Of a DNA stretch of 60,894 nt, positions 45,686 to 54,545 are shown piece after piece. The notes under the pieces were generated by a model. The model did not search any database. It had not been told where the DNA came from and saw nothing but the letters and a program-made list of their open reading frames with translations. Made by a program: the position numbers and the translations under genes. This stretch comes from Gammaproteobacteria bacterium (GTDB lineage: Bacteria; Pseudomonadota; Gammaproteobacteria; Steroidobacterales; Woeseiaceae), in NCBI GenBank assembly GCA_029881015.1, contig JAOUNK010000001.1, forward strand, positions 1-60,894. The letters run 5' to 3'. Each line of letters opens with the position of its first letter. Positions within the stretch are counted from its first letter, which is position 1.

Positions 45686-46747
45686 ATGAGCTCGAACCCG
45701 AATCCTGACGACGGCGTTGCGAAAGATGCCGCCATCCTGCGCGATGCCTTGCGCAGACCCTTGCATGATCTGCGCATCTCCCTACTCGACCAGTGCAACT
45801 TCCGTTGCCCCTACTGCATGCCCGAGGACGAGTTTCACGAGGACTACGAATTCCTGGGAAAACAACAACGGCTCAGCCATGACGAAATCCTGAAGATCGC
45901 GCGCGTGGCCGCCGGGATCGGCGTCAGCAAGCTGCGCCTGACAGGTGGTGAGCCACTACTGGATAAACGTATTGCGACGCTCGTACATGGCCTCGCATCG
46001 ATTCCCGGCATTGACGACCTGGCGCTGACGACCAATGCCATGTTGCTCGCGCCGGTCGCCAAAGAGCTGGCCGACGCGGGATTGCACCGCGTGACGGTCA
46101 GTCTCGACAGCCTCGACCCGGACGTGTTTCGGCGCATGAGTGGCGGGCGTGGCGATCTTGAGCGGGTCCTCGCCGGTATAGATGCAGCACAGGAAGCAGG
46201 GTTGGCGCCGATCAAGATCAACGTGGTCGTGCAGCGGGGCGTCAACGATCATACGGTTCTCGACTTGCTCGAGTACTTTCGTGGCAGCCAACACGTGGTG
46301 CGGTTGATCGAATTCATGGACGTCGGCAACCGCAACGGCTGGCGGCTCCACCAGGTGGTGCCCTCGGCCCAGCTGCTCGAGCAGGTTCAGCGTCGATGGC
46401 CGGTCAGGCGTATCGACCAGAATTATCCCGGTGAGGTGGCGAGGCGCTATGAGTATGTCGACGGGCAGGGCGAACTGGGTTTCATCTCGTCAGTAACCGA
46501 GCCGTTCTGCGGAGCCTGCAGCCGGGCGCGCCTGTCGGCAGACGGCATGCTTTATACTTGCCTGTTCGCGAACCAGGGCACCGATTTGCGCGAGTCGCTG
46601 CGGAATAACGCCGACGACGAGGAGCTGAAGGATATCCTGTCGCAAATCTGGCTGCAGCGCGCTGACCGATACAGCGAGCTGCGCCGCCCGGAGCTGGCCG
46701 AGGCGCATGTGCTTCGCAAAGTGGAAATGTATCGAATTGGGGGATAG
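45686..46747 (+). CDS. moaA: GTP 3',8-cyclase (radical SAM)
   Basis: CNFRCPYCMP radical-SAM cluster and C-terminal CGACSRARLSADG. The start is at the ATG at 45686. The upstream 400 codons of the track ORF are antisense to the ACAD gene. Confidence 0.95.
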   Translation: MSSNPNPDDGVAKDAAILRDALRRPLHDLRISLLDQCNFRCPYCMPEDEFHEDYEFLGKQQRLSHDEILKIARVAAGIGVSKLRLTGGEPLLDKRIATLVHGLASIPGIDDLALTTNAMLLAPVAKELADAGLHRVTVSLDSLDPDVFRRMSGGRGDLERVLAGIDAAQEAGLAPIKINVVVQRGVNDHTVLDLLEYFRGSQHVVRLIEFMDVGNRNGWRLHQVVPSAQLLEQVQRRWPVRRIDQNYPGEVARRYEYVDGQGELGFISSVTEPFCGACSRARLSADGMLYTCLFANQGTDLRESLRNNADDEELKDILSQIWLQRADRYSELRRPELAEAHVLRKVEMYRIGG

Positions 46748-46750
46748 GTA

Positions 46751-47227
46751 TTGGGCAAGCTGAGTCATATTGATGCACAGAACCGGCCGACCATGGTCGA
46801 CGTCAGCGACAAGCGGGCGACCGATCGCACGGCGCTCGCCCGCTCGCGCGTACATCTGCCGGAGGAGATCGCTGCACAAATCTCGGGAGACGAGATCACC
46901 ACGCGCAAGGGTCCCGTATTCGCGACGGCGATTATTGCCGGGGTCATGGCGGCGAAAAAAACCCATGAACTGATCCCGTTCTGTCATCCCTTGGGTCTCT
47001 CCAACTGCAAAATCGACATCGAGCTGCGGGACCGGGACGTCGTAATCGACTGCTTCTGCAAGGTGCATCACAAGACCGGCGTGGAAATGGAGGCGCTTAC
47101 GGGTGCCAGCGTGGCTGCGCTGACCGTGTACGACATGCTCAAGGCCATGTCGCACGACATTGTCATCAGCGAAACACGGCTGCTGTCGAAGACAGGCGGC
47201 AAACAGGATTTCCGGCGAGATGAGTGA
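46751..47227 (+). CDS. moaC: Cyclic pyranopterin monophosphate synthase
   Basis: MVDVSDKRATDR, LIPFCHPL, KTGVEMEALTGASVAALTVYDM. Confidence 0.93.
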   Translation: MGKLSHIDAQNRPTMVDVSDKRATDRTALARSRVHLPEEIAAQISGDEITTRKGPVFATAIIAGVMAAKKTHELIPFCHPLGLSNCKIDIELRDRDVVIDCFCKVHHKTGVEMEALTGASVAALTVYDMLKAMSHDIVISETRLLSKTGGKQDFRRDE

Positions 47228-47810
47228 GCAGCCGATTTACGGCCTCGTACTCTCCGGTGGCGAGAGCAAACGCATGGGCCGGGACAAGGCCCTGCTCCGC
47301 CATGATGGCCAGTCGCAACTCGCGTTCGTCGTCGCGCTGCTGGAACGGCACGTTGAGCGCGTGCTTGTCTCGACGAGAGCAGAGCAGAAAGACGAAGCCG
47401 AGCGCTCCCGGTTCGACCAGGTCATCGATCACTACACTGACATGGGTCCGCTGGCCGGCATTCTCTCGGCGATGGACGACTACCCGGAAGCTGACTGGCT
47501 GGTCGTCGCCTGCGACCTGCCGAACATTGGCGACGAGACCCTGCGACATTTGCTCGAAAACCGTTCGCCCGCACACCCTTTCAGTGCTTACATCAGCAGT
47601 CATGACGGCCTGCCGGAGCCGCTTTGCGCCGTGTACCGTGCAAGCAGCGCTCCTCTCGTTCGCCAGTTCGCAGACGACGGCATTCGTTGCCCGCGCAAGA
47701 TCCTGATTCGGTCGGATACATACCTGCTCGAACAACTGGATCCCACGTCTCTCGACAACGTGAACACGCCGGTCGATCTCGGCAACAGTGTCCTCGAGGC
47801 AACATCGTGA
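47220..47810 (+). CDS. mobA: Molybdenum cofactor guanylyltransferase
   Basis: GLVLSGGESKRMGRDKALL. The ATG overlaps the moaC stop (ATGAGTGA). Confidence 0.85.
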   Translation: MSEQPIYGLVLSGGESKRMGRDKALLRHDGQSQLAFVVALLERHVERVLVSTRAEQKDEAERSRFDQVIDHYTDMGPLAGILSAMDDYPEADWLVVACDLPNIGDETLRHLLENRSPAHPFSAYISSHDGLPEPLCAVYRASSAPLVRQFADDGIRCPRKILIRSDTYLLEQLDPTSLDNVNTPVDLGNSVLEATS

Positions 47811-48049
47811 AGGTTATTACGGTGCGCTATTTCGCGATGTTTCGTGAGCACGCAGGCGTCGCAGAGGAGACGGTGAGCCTCGACGCCACGACCGCGAAGG
47901 ACGTCTTCGAATTTACGCGAGAGCGCCACGGGTCGGCGGAACCCAACGGTCACTGCAAGGTAGCGATTAACGACCATATGGCCGACTGGGATTCTCCCGT
48001 GAATGACGGCGACACTGTCTTGTTGTTCCCGCCGGTTGCGGGGGGGTGA
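47807..48049 (+). CDS. moaD: Molybdopterin synthase sulfur-carrier subunit
   Basis: 80 aa ending ...DTVLLFPPVAGG. The GTG start overlaps the mobA stop. Confidence 0.8.
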   Translation: MKVITVRYFAMFREHAGVAEETVSLDATTAKDVFEFTRERHGSAEPNGHCKVAINDHMADWDSPVNDGDTVLLFPPVAGG

Positions 48050-48050
48050 G

Positions 48051-48488
48051 ATGATCGAAGTTACCGGGTCCGCGCTCGACACGGCCGATCTGCAACGCTC
48101 GCTTGCAAATCCTGCGGCGGGCGGCTACTGCGCATTCGAAGGCTGGGTGCGCAACGAGAACGAAGGCCAGGTCGTCGAGCGTCTCGAGTACGAAGCCTAC
48201 GAGCCACTTGTGATCGCGGAAGGGCAGAAAGTCCTGGCCGAGGCAAAAGAACGCTTCGGGTATCTCGAGGCGCGTTGCGTGCACCGCGTCGGCCTGCTGG
48301 AACTGGGCGAATGCGCCGTATGGATCGGGGTTGCGTCCGCGCATCGGGACGAGGCGTTCAAGGCGTGCCGCTATATCATCGACGAGATTAAGGTGCGCCT
48401 GCCCATCTGGAAGAAGGAGCACTATGCCAATGGCGACTCAGGCTGGGTAAATTGCGAGCGCTGTGCGGCGCACGGCATTGCGGATTAG
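48051..48488 (+). CDS. moaE: Molybdopterin synthase catalytic subunit
   Basis: GAFEGWVRNENEG...LEYEAY...IWKKEHY. The start is taken at the ATG at 48051, 1 nt after the moaD stop. Confidence 0.9.
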   Translation: MIEVTGSALDTADLQRSLANPAAGGYCAFEGWVRNENEGQVVERLEYEAYEPLVIAEGQKVLAEAKERFGYLEARCVHRVGLLELGECAVWIGVASAHRDEAFKACRYIIDEIKVRLPIWKKEHYANGDSGWVNCERCAAHGIAD

Positions 48489-48548
48489 GCGCGCATCAGG
48501 TATCACTTGGTGAGGCAGTACTGAATACCGCGATGCGGGGGAGCGAGT

Positions 48549-49010
48549 TTGAAGGTAATACGATCAATTGACGACGCGAAAGCGCTCGAGGGCGAGGAAG
48601 TCGGACTCTCCGACTGGATCGTTATCGATCAGCATCGTATTGACCAGTTTGCAGAAGCGACCGCCGACTACCAGTGGATTCACGTCGATACCGAACGAGC
48701 CGCAAGGGAGATGCCGAACGGCAAGACAATTGCCCACGGCTACCTGACGCTCGCGTTGATCCCGGCACTCACGGGCAATTTTGTCGAGGTCGTCAACCTC
48801 GAACGCGCAATTAATTTCGGCCTCAACAAGGTGCGCTTCTACGCACCGGTTCCGGTCGGCGCCAAGTTACGCGCCCGCGCGATCGTGTTGCAGGCGCGGC
48901 GCAGGGCCGGCGCGCTGCTGCTGACCTCCGAAGTACGGATCGAAATCGAGGGTGAGCGCAAACCGGCCTGCGTTGCCGAGACGCTCGGCATGTACTTCTT
49001 CAGGGAATAG
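48549..49010 (+). CDS. MaoC-like (R)-specific enoyl-CoA hydratase/dehydratase
   Basis: Hot-dog fold pattern DYQWIHVDTERA...IAHGYLTL. TTG start. Confidence 0.85.
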   Translation: MKVIRSIDDAKALEGEEVGLSDWIVIDQHRIDQFAEATADYQWIHVDTERAAREMPNGKTIAHGYLTLALIPALTGNFVEVVNLERAINFGLNKVRFYAPVPVGAKLRARAIVLQARRRAGALLLTSEVRIEIEGERKPACVAETLGMYFFRE

Positions 49011-49034
49011 CCGGCCCCCGGGGAGGCCGTGCGC

Positions 49035-50537
49035 TCACCGCTTGTGTAGCCACTTCGGCAGGAACGAGTAAGGGTCCTGATCCGCGCTCTTGTTCCAGGC
49101 AACGCTGGCGGCCTCGAGCAGCTTCGCCATCGTGCCGTCTGTTGCCGCGGCGAACAGGTCGGTTGCACCGCCAATGTGTTTGCCCCCGATGTAGATCTGC
49201 GGGATCGTCTTAAGACCGGTCTGCGCTTCCAGCGCCTTGCGAATCTCGCCGCCCTTGTTGCCGTCCTGGTAAGCCACGGAATCGAGGTCCACCGAGCGGA
49301 ACGGTATGCCATAGTGGGTAAACATCTTGCGTACGGACCAGCAGAATTCGCACCATTCGAGCGCGAACAGGACGACCGGATGTTCGCTGTCGTGAATTGC
49401 CTCTTCGAGAAATGCGAGGGCTTCAGCCGTCGCCTCGGTAGCGGTGTCCTCCTGGCCGGCATTGCCGGTCGACCGGGGTGGAGGGGGCGGGGCGCCGAAG
49501 CGGTAATTGGGCGTGGAATGCATGATGCTCTGTTCTTCCTCGGTCATTTCCACCGGAACATCGTCGAATAGCGGCGTGCTCAGGTAGCGCTCGCCGGTAT
49601 CGGGCAACATGCAGAGCACGTTCGAGCCCGGCTCGGCCTGTGCGGCGACAGCCAGTGCACCGGCCAGGGTCGCGCCGGCGGAGGTCCCCACGAAGATGCC
49701 CTCCTGCCGTGCCAGTTCCCGCGACAGCCGCAGGGCTTCGTTACCGTCGATGGGGACGATGCCATCGATATGCTCGAGGGCAACCACATCCTCGGTCAGC
49801 TTGGGAATGAAATCCGGTGTCCAGCCCTGCATCAGGTGCGGGCGGAACAGCGGGTGACTCTCCCTGGGCGAACCGTCATCGCGGCGTTTCTGCGGAATGC
49901 CGCTGGCGAGAAGCTGCGCATTATCGGGCTCGCAGACGATGATCCTGGTCGCGGGGCTTTTCTCCTTCAGTACCCGGGAGACGCCGTTGAGCGTGCCGCC
50001 CGTGCCGAAACCGGATACCCAGTAGTCCAGTTTCCTGTCGCCGAACGCCTCGAGGATCTCGGGAGCGGTCGTGCGCACGTGCGCCTCGGCATTGGCCTCA
50101 TTCTCGAACTGGCGTACGAGGAACCAGTCGTGTTTCTCGGCGAGTTCCGCGGCCTTGGCGACCATACCGCTGCCCTTGAGCTCAGCGGGCGTCAGGACGA
50201 CCTTCGCTCCGAGGAAGCGCATCATGCGGCGCCGTTCGACGCTGAAGCTCTCGGCCATGGTGATGACCAGCGGGTAGCCTTTCTGGGCACAAACGATCGC
50301 GAGGCCGATGCCGGTATTGCCGGAGGTGGCCTCAACCACGGTCTGCCCGGGCCTGAGCGAACCGTCGCGCTCCGCGGCTTCGATGACCGACAGGGCAAGC
50401 CGGTCTTTCACCGACCCGCCAGGATTGAAGGATTCCACCTTGACGTACACGTTGACGTCTTTGGGGCCGAGCTTGTTCAGTTTGACGATGGGCGTGTTAC
50501 CGATCGTCTCCAGGATATTGTTGTAGAGCATGTTCAT
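49035..50537 (-). CDS. Cysteine synthase (PLP fold-type II) fused to a C-terminal glutaredoxin-like domain
   Basis: aa 1-325: PGGSVKDR (PLP Lys), TSGNTGIGLA, GTGGT, GTSAGA. Pro-rich linker GAPPPPPRS. aa ~385-475: VVLFALEWCEFCWSV...TIPQIYIGGKHIGG. Confidence 0.85.
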   Translation of the reverse strand: MNMLYNNILETIGNTPIVKLNKLGPKDVNVYVKVESFNPGGSVKDRLALSVIEAAERDGSLRPGQTVVEATSGNTGIGLAIVCAQKGYPLVITMAESFSVERRRMMRFLGAKVVLTPAELKGSGMVAKAAELAEKHDWFLVRQFENEANAEAHVRTTAPEILEAFGDRKLDYWVSGFGTGGTLNGVSRVLKEKSPATRIIVCEPDNAQLLASGIPQKRRDDGSPRESHPLFRPHLMQGWTPDFIPKLTEDVVALEHIDGIVPIDGNEALRLSRELARQEGIFVGTSAGATLAGALAVAAQAEPGSNVLCMLPDTGERYLSTPLFDDVPVEMTEEEQSIMHSTPNYRFGAPPPPPRSTGNAGQEDTATEATAEALAFLEEAIHDSEHPVVLFALEWCEFCWSVRKMFTHYGIPFRSVDLDSVAYQDGNKGGEIRKALEAQTGLKTIPQIYIGGKHIGGATDLFAAATDGTMAKLLEAASVAWNKSADQDPYSFLPKWLHKR

Positions 50538-50701
50538 GTCGTCGGTATGTCCATTTAGTAGCTTCCATAGAAACTATAGTCTTCAACAGGGGTCATGACG
50601 ATCCTGGTCGCACTGCTCGGCCGCGCGCGGCCCGACGGCTTGCTGCGCGTGTCGGCGCTGTTCGCCGCGGCATTTGGTGCCTACCTCGCCTACGCTGCAA
50701 T

Positions 50702-51655
50702 CTAATCGTCGAATTCGGCCGTGGCCTGGCGTTTGCGGTTGACCACGAGCCGTGTCACATCGGGACGCGAGTAGTGTCCCGCCACATCCAGGCTGTGCCG
50801 TTCCTGAAGCACTTTCGCATGGTCGATTTCGACGATGCTCAGGCACTCTGTATCCGCGATGGGCTCCAGCAGCCACTCACCGTCCGGACCCGCGGCACAG
50901 GAACCGCCATTGGCCATAATGTCGTCCGCGGTCGCCAGCAGCAGGTCGGCATGCGGTAACGAAGCATCGATGTCCGAGCGGCGCATCAAGCCGGAGACAG
51001 ATACGACATAGGAACGGCTTTCGCGCGCGATGAAACGCGTTATGTCTGCCGTGTTGCGCACATTCCCGGGCCAGATGGCGATGTGCAGGTCTTCACCCTG
51101 CGCGTAAAGCGCCGCGCGAGGGAGCGGCAACCAGTTTTCCCAGCAGTTCAGACCACCGACAGTGAAGGCTCCCAGCTTGTGGGTACGCAGGCCGTTGCCG
51201 TCACCGATGGCCCACACCAGTCGCTCCTCGTGGGTTGGCATGAGCTTGCGGTGTGCGGAGGCGACAGTGCCCGCGCGGTCTACGAACACCATCGTGCAGT
51301 AAAGGCTGTGACCGCCACGGTTGCCAGCCCGCTCCATGACACCGACGTAAACCGCAATATTGTGCCGACGCGCCACCTCGCACACGGGCTCCAGGTCGCC
51401 TTCCTCAATGCATACGCCCTGGCTGACGTAATGAGCGAACATCTCTTTCTGCAGTGCGGACTCGAAAACCGCACCGTTCGTGCGCTCGACCCAGAACGGG
51501 TATCCCGGCACAAGTGCCTCGCCGAAGACGACGAGGTCACAGCCCTTTTCCGCCGCATCGCTAATCCAGCTTGCGACCTTGTCGAGGGTCCTGGCCCGGT
51601 CCAGCCAGGCGGGCGCAATCTGCGCGAGGCCAATCCTGAGTTTGTTATCGAGCAT
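50702..51655 (-). CDS. Nitrilase-superfamily carbon-nitrogen hydrolase
   Basis: Glu-Lys-Cys triad contexts VVFGEA, HRKLMPT, GGLNCWEN. Confidence 0.88.
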   Translation of the reverse strand: MLDNKLRIGLAQIAPAWLDRARTLDKVASWISDAAEKGCDLVVFGEALVPGYPFWVERTNGAVFESALQKEMFAHYVSQGVCIEEGDLEPVCEVARRHNIAVYVGVMERAGNRGGHSLYCTMVFVDRAGTVASAHRKLMPTHEERLVWAIGDGNGLRTHKLGAFTVGGLNCWENWLPLPRAALYAQGEDLHIAIWPGNVRNTADITRFIARESRSYVVSVSGLMRRSDIDASLPHADLLLATADDIMANGGSCAAGPDGEWLLEPIADTECLSIVEIDHAKVLQERHSLDVAGHYSRPDVTRLVVNRKRQATAEFDD

Positions 51656-51729
51656 GTAAGACTCCCGATCGCAGCGTCAAACGCCGATCCCGCGTATCCC
51701 TGCGCGACTCGGCAGAAGGTGGTCCTGAC

Positions 51730-51760
51730 AAAAAAAGGGCGGCAGGAAGACCTGCCGCCC
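51730..51760 (-). terminator. Rho-independent terminator of the TonB-dependent receptor gene
   Basis: GGGCGGCAGG / aaga / CCTGCCGCCC. The A7 run on the plus side reads as a T-run on the minus strand. It lies 17 nt after the stop at 51777. Confidence 0.7.
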
Positions 51761-51776
51761 TTTGCTTTCCAGCGTA

Positions 51777-54410
51777 TCAGTCCCAGTTCTTGCGGAACGT
51801 AATACCGTAGGTCGCCGGTTCGGACGGATAGGAGTTCGTCCGGCCCGTGTCGAGCAGGGGCGGATCGTAGGAACCACCGTAGTAACGCTCGTCCGTGATG
51901 TTGCGTCCCCACAGCGTGATCGACGAATTCCAGCTTTCGATGTTGTAGCCGAGGCGAACGTTGAGGATGCCGAAGTCTTCCATCTTCGTCAGCGGATCGT
52001 TGTCACCGTCGGTCAACTGCTCCGATGCCCAGGCGTATTCGGCGCGCAGGAACATCTCGTTGTTGCCCATCGGGAACGACTGCATGACGCTCAGGTTGAA
52101 GCGATCTTCCGGATTGTAGGGAATGGCCTCACCGCCGCGGCTGCAGGTTCCGGTTGACGGGTTGAGCCCAGGGTCCGGCAGCAGTGTATGGAACGGTGTT
52201 GCGTCCCAGCAAGTGCCCAGTTCGAAGGTCTTGAAGTCACCCTCGTTGTGCGCGAAGTAGCCCGAGACGAGCGTGTTGTCCAGCGGCTGCCAGGTGAACT
52301 CGACCTCGACGCCCTTGACTTCGAGGTCGCCGGCGTTCTGCAGGTTGAAGCCTGTTCCGGTAAAGGAGTTGGCCTGGAAGTCCTCGAAGTCGGTCTGGTA
52401 GAGCGCGAGCGCCACGCGGAAGCGGTCGCCCAGGTCGCCTTTGAAACCGATCTCCGCCGATTTTGAGGTCTCGGCGTTGAAGAGCTGCGGCAGGAAGAAC
52501 CAGATGCGGTCGGTATTGGTACCGCCGGACTTGAAGCCCGTCGAATACGACGCGTAGGCCATCGCGTTGTCGTTGATGAACCACGTGCCCTTGACGGTAC
52601 CCGTGACCTGGTCATCCGACAGCGTCTCGCGCACGTCGGGACGCGGTGAGAAAGGCGCCAGCGTCCAGGCCGCCCAGCCTTCGTTGGGTTGCGCGACGGC
52701 CAGCAGCGGCGTCAGATCGGGCGGTGCGCCGACCATGCCACCAGCGGCCCACTGCTGGAACAGGAATATCGAAGTCGCAATCGCCGTTGTATCCGGCACC
52801 ATCGTGCCCGGGTTCGTCTGCGTATAGACCGCCTCGATGTCCTTGTTCTCATCCGTGAAACGCGCGCCGAGCGACAATTCGAAGGCGTCGCTCAGAGCCC
52901 AGTCGACCTGGCCGAAAACGGCATACCCATCGTGCTCCTGCATCACGTCATCGTTCGCGAAAGCGCCCGGCGGGAAGCCCTGGGCACCGGCCGGGAAGGG
53001 AATGCCGGCGGCTGCCAGGCCCTGCGAAATCGCTGTAACGCCATTCGTGATGTCGGACAGCGTCGGCAGTCCCTGCGCTGCGTTACCGAGATCTGCGTAG
53101 GTCTGCAGTTCCGTGCCGCCGATCGTTCGCGTGTTGCTCTTGATGTCCTGCGCGAAGTAGTAAGCGCCGACGACCCAGTTGCTGCTCTCACCGAATTCGC
53201 CCGCGAGCCTGAACTCCTGCGAGAACGACTGCTGCGCTGCGTCGTTGGTGCGCTCGGCAATCGATGTGTCGGTGAAGTCCGCATCGATCGAGTCGTACGT
53301 ATCGAACGCGCGGTAGGCGGTCACCGACGTGAACGTCGAACCGTTGGTCAGCGACTTGTTCATCTCGACCGAGATGCCGCGATCCTCGTTTTGCGAGATC
53401 GGCGCAAAGTTCACAGCCGTGCGGTAGTCCTCCCAACTCGCCTGGATAACGTTGGGTGGCAGAGGGAACGGGTAGTTCTGGTCCGTGTAGACGGTGCGGC
53501 CCATGGACATGAGGATGGCGTCAGGACCATTGAGGACCTGTCCGGCCGCGAGGGCGCCTCGTGAAAACAGGCTGTCAACGCGCGTCGTACCGATACAGCA
53601 GACTTCGTCGATCTCGGCGTAATCCGCGATGACGCGCAGGTTGAAGTCGTCCTGGTTGTCGTAGGCGAGCTGCAAGCGCATGCCGATACGGTCACGGTCG
53701 TTGTAGAGATCCTCGACCGGCCCCGAGATGGGGGAAATCTGCTGGCGGAAGTTGTCGTCCGTGACGTAGCCATCGCGCTTCGAGGTGAACAGCGTACCCC
53801 GAACGGCCAGGTTGTCGGACAGGACGATATTCGTGGCGGCCGCAACGCGCGCCAGGTCATAGTCGCCGGCGGTGACCTCGACAAAGGCATTGTTGCCGTC
53901 GGTGCTGGGCGCGACTGTTCGAACGTTGATAGCACCCGATGCCGTGTTTTTGCCGAACAATGTACCCTGCGGGCCACGCAATACTTCGACCGCCTGGACG
54001 TCGACGAGCTCGTTGATCAGCGAGCTCTGCCGCGAACGATACACGCCGTCCACGTAGAGACCCACCGAGGATTCGACGCCGAAGTTGTTCGAGGTCGAGC
54101 CGATGCCGCGGATGCTGAAGTTTGTTGTTGTCGTTGTCTGGCTGCCGCCGACGATGAGTCCTGGAACGCTCTGCTGCAGGTCGATCATGTCCTTGATGCC
54201 GGACTGTTCTATCTGTGCACCCGTGACCGCCGTTATGGCGACGGGCACATCCATGAGGTTCTGTTCACGTTTTTGAGCGACGACGACGATCTCCTCGAGA
54301 AACGACGCGTCCTCCCCCTGCGCAAATGTTGGTGCCGCCAGTGTCAGGCCGACCACTGGCAACGCAACAAAACGACCGAGATTGAGTATGCTGGTACCAA
54401 TCGGTTTCAT
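51777..54410 (-). CDS. TonB-dependent outer-membrane receptor
   Basis: Signal peptide, TonB-box-like EEIVVVAQKR, plug motifs (VLRGPQGTLFGKNTASGAINV) and a C-terminal beta-barrel ending ...YGITFRKNWD. Confidence 0.93.
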   Translation of the reverse strand: MKPIGTSILNLGRFVALPVVGLTLAAPTFAQGEDASFLEEIVVVAQKREQNLMDVPVAITAVTGAQIEQSGIKDMIDLQQSVPGLIVGGSQTTTTTNFSIRGIGSTSNNFGVESSVGLYVDGVYRSRQSSLINELVDVQAVEVLRGPQGTLFGKNTASGAINVRTVAPSTDGNNAFVEVTAGDYDLARVAAATNIVLSDNLAVRGTLFTSKRDGYVTDDNFRQQISPISGPVEDLYNDRDRIGMRLQLAYDNQDDFNLRVIADYAEIDEVCCIGTTRVDSLFSRGALAAGQVLNGPDAILMSMGRTVYTDQNYPFPLPPNVIQASWEDYRTAVNFAPISQNEDRGISVEMNKSLTNGSTFTSVTAYRAFDTYDSIDADFTDTSIAERTNDAAQQSFSQEFRLAGEFGESSNWVVGAYYFAQDIKSNTRTIGGTELQTYADLGNAAQGLPTLSDITNGVTAISQGLAAAGIPFPAGAQGFPPGAFANDDVMQEHDGYAVFGQVDWALSDAFELSLGARFTDENKDIEAVYTQTNPGTMVPDTTAIATSIFLFQQWAAGGMVGAPPDLTPLLAVAQPNEGWAAWTLAPFSPRPDVRETLSDDQVTGTVKGTWFINDNAMAYASYSTGFKSGGTNTDRIWFFLPQLFNAETSKSAEIGFKGDLGDRFRVALALYQTDFEDFQANSFTGTGFNLQNAGDLEVKGVEVEFTWQPLDNTLVSGYFAHNEGDFKTFELGTCWDATPFHTLLPDPGLNPSTGTCSRGGEAIPYNPEDRFNLSVMQSFPMGNNEMFLRAEYAWASEQLTDGDNDPLTKMEDFGILNVRLGYNIESWNSSITLWGRNITDERYYGGSYDPPLLDTGRTNSYPSEPATYGITFRKNWD

Positions 54411-54545
54411 GTCTCCCCCCCTTCAATGGGAAATTGATTCAATATCGCGCCCAAGCATAGCATGGTTTTCGCGCGTGGAAATGTTCTATAAGCTCATGAA
54501 AAATACGTGGTTATCCCCGCTCAGGACCCAGAAGAGGACTCGCTC

